Below are positions 63,265-64,000 of a stretch of DNA of 64,000 nucleotides, piece after piece. The translations under genes and the position numbers were made by a program. Below the pieces are notes generated by a model. The model saw only the letters and a program-made list of their open reading frames with translations. It searched no databases and was not told where the DNA came from. Source of the stretch: an uncultured Thermoleophilia bacterium (GTDB lineage Bacteria; Actinomycetota; Thermoleophilia; UBA2241); the NCBI GenBank assembly GCA_963715985.1, contig CAVQSP010000013.1, positions 224,001-288,000 of the forward strand. The letters run 5' to 3'. How positions within the stretch are numbered: position 1 is the stretch's first letter; every line of letters begins with the position of its first letter.

Positions 63265-64000
63265 TCAGTCGCCGAGCGCGTCGAGGACGAGCCCGGTGAG
63301 CAGCTTGGGGTAGAAGTACGTGGACTTCTGCGGCATGACCTCGCCGCGGTCCGCGACGGCGCGCATCTGCCCGACCTCGGTGGCGTTGAGGAACGCGGCG
63401 GCGTCGAAGCCGCCGCCGGCGAGCGCGGCGAGCGCGTCCGCCACGTTCTTGACGTACTCGACCTGCTCCTCCTCCGCGCCCGGGTCCATGCCAAGCACGT
63501 CGCGGAGGACCAGGTCGTGAAGCACCGTGACCGAGAGCGCCGCGATCTCCGTCGACAGACCGGCGGCGAGGAGGTGCTGCGTCGCCGCCGGCTCGCGGGC
63601 GCGGATGGCGATGCAGACGTCCTCGCCCGCGAGGTACAGGCCGAAGACCCTGCCGGGGTCGGCCTGCTCAGGCAGCCGCTCCAGGAGGGTCCGCGCGGCC
63701 GCATGGCCGTGCACGGGCTCTCCCGCGAGGTCGAAGTACGGCCGCAGGCGCTCGAGCAGCTCGCCGAGCGGCGGCACGGCCAGGCCTTTGAGCAGGCGGT
63801 GCGTGGGGAAGACGGTGAGGCCGGGGTCCGACAGGCTGCAGAGGTACACCATGAGCATGTCGGCGCTGTGGTCGCCGGCGGCGCGCCGCTCGTCGCGGTA
63901 GGCCAGGGCGGTCTCGTAGCGGTGATGGCCGTCGGCGATGTAGACGGGGCGCTCGTGCAAGGCGGCGGATATGCGCTCGGCGACTTCGGCGCCCAGCGGC
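63265..64000 (-). CDS. DUF1015 family protein, 5' part outside the window
   Basis: YIADGHHRYETA, PTHR, MPQKSTYFYPKLLTGL. Confidence 0.93.
   Translation of the reverse strand, partial: PLGAEVAERISAALHERPVYIADGHHRYETALAYRDERRAAGDHSADMLMVYLCSLSDPGLTVFPTHRLLKGLAVPPLGELLERLRPYFDLAGEPVHGHAAARTLLERLPEQADPGRVFGLYLAGEDVCIAIRAREPAATQHLLAAGLSTEIAALSVTVLHDLVLRDVLGMDPGAEEEQVEYVKNVADALAALAGGGFDAAAFLNATEVGQMRAVADRGEVMPQKSTYFYPKLLTGLVLDALGD

Overview
High-GC bacterial chromosomal window, probably Actinomycetota (inferred from gene content). Many genes carry single-base frameshifts, mostly at 15-44 kb, which look like uncorrected long-read errors. Left to right: (1) a minus-strand potassium locus at 1-13.6 kb with a split kdpD, kdpE, kdpFABC, a Na+/K+-ATPase-like (P2C-like) pump and two trkA genes; (2) tRNA-Glu, tRNA-Lys and small regulators; (3) a dispersed purine cluster (purS-Q-L-F ... 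purM-pfkB-purN-like-HAD ... purH) interrupted by accessory blocks, including a ferric-reductase/NOX-like flavocytochrome next to an eight-heme cytochrome c, two TMEM175 channels, cardiolipin synthase and hicBA; (4) a glutaredoxin-thioredoxin reductase fusion, an S9 peptidase, and an MttB-like methyltransferase between two APC permeases. The best candidate for an undescribed system is in the K+ locus. Four promoters share the same 65-bp architecture (two pairs of direct-repeat hexamers plus a -10; likely KdpE boxes). Three precede members of a paralogous family of small single-TM proteins, and the fourth precedes the P2C-like ATPase-trkA-trkA unit. No CRISPR array, rRNA, transposase or integrase was seen. 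All calls come from reading the sequence; no searches were run.
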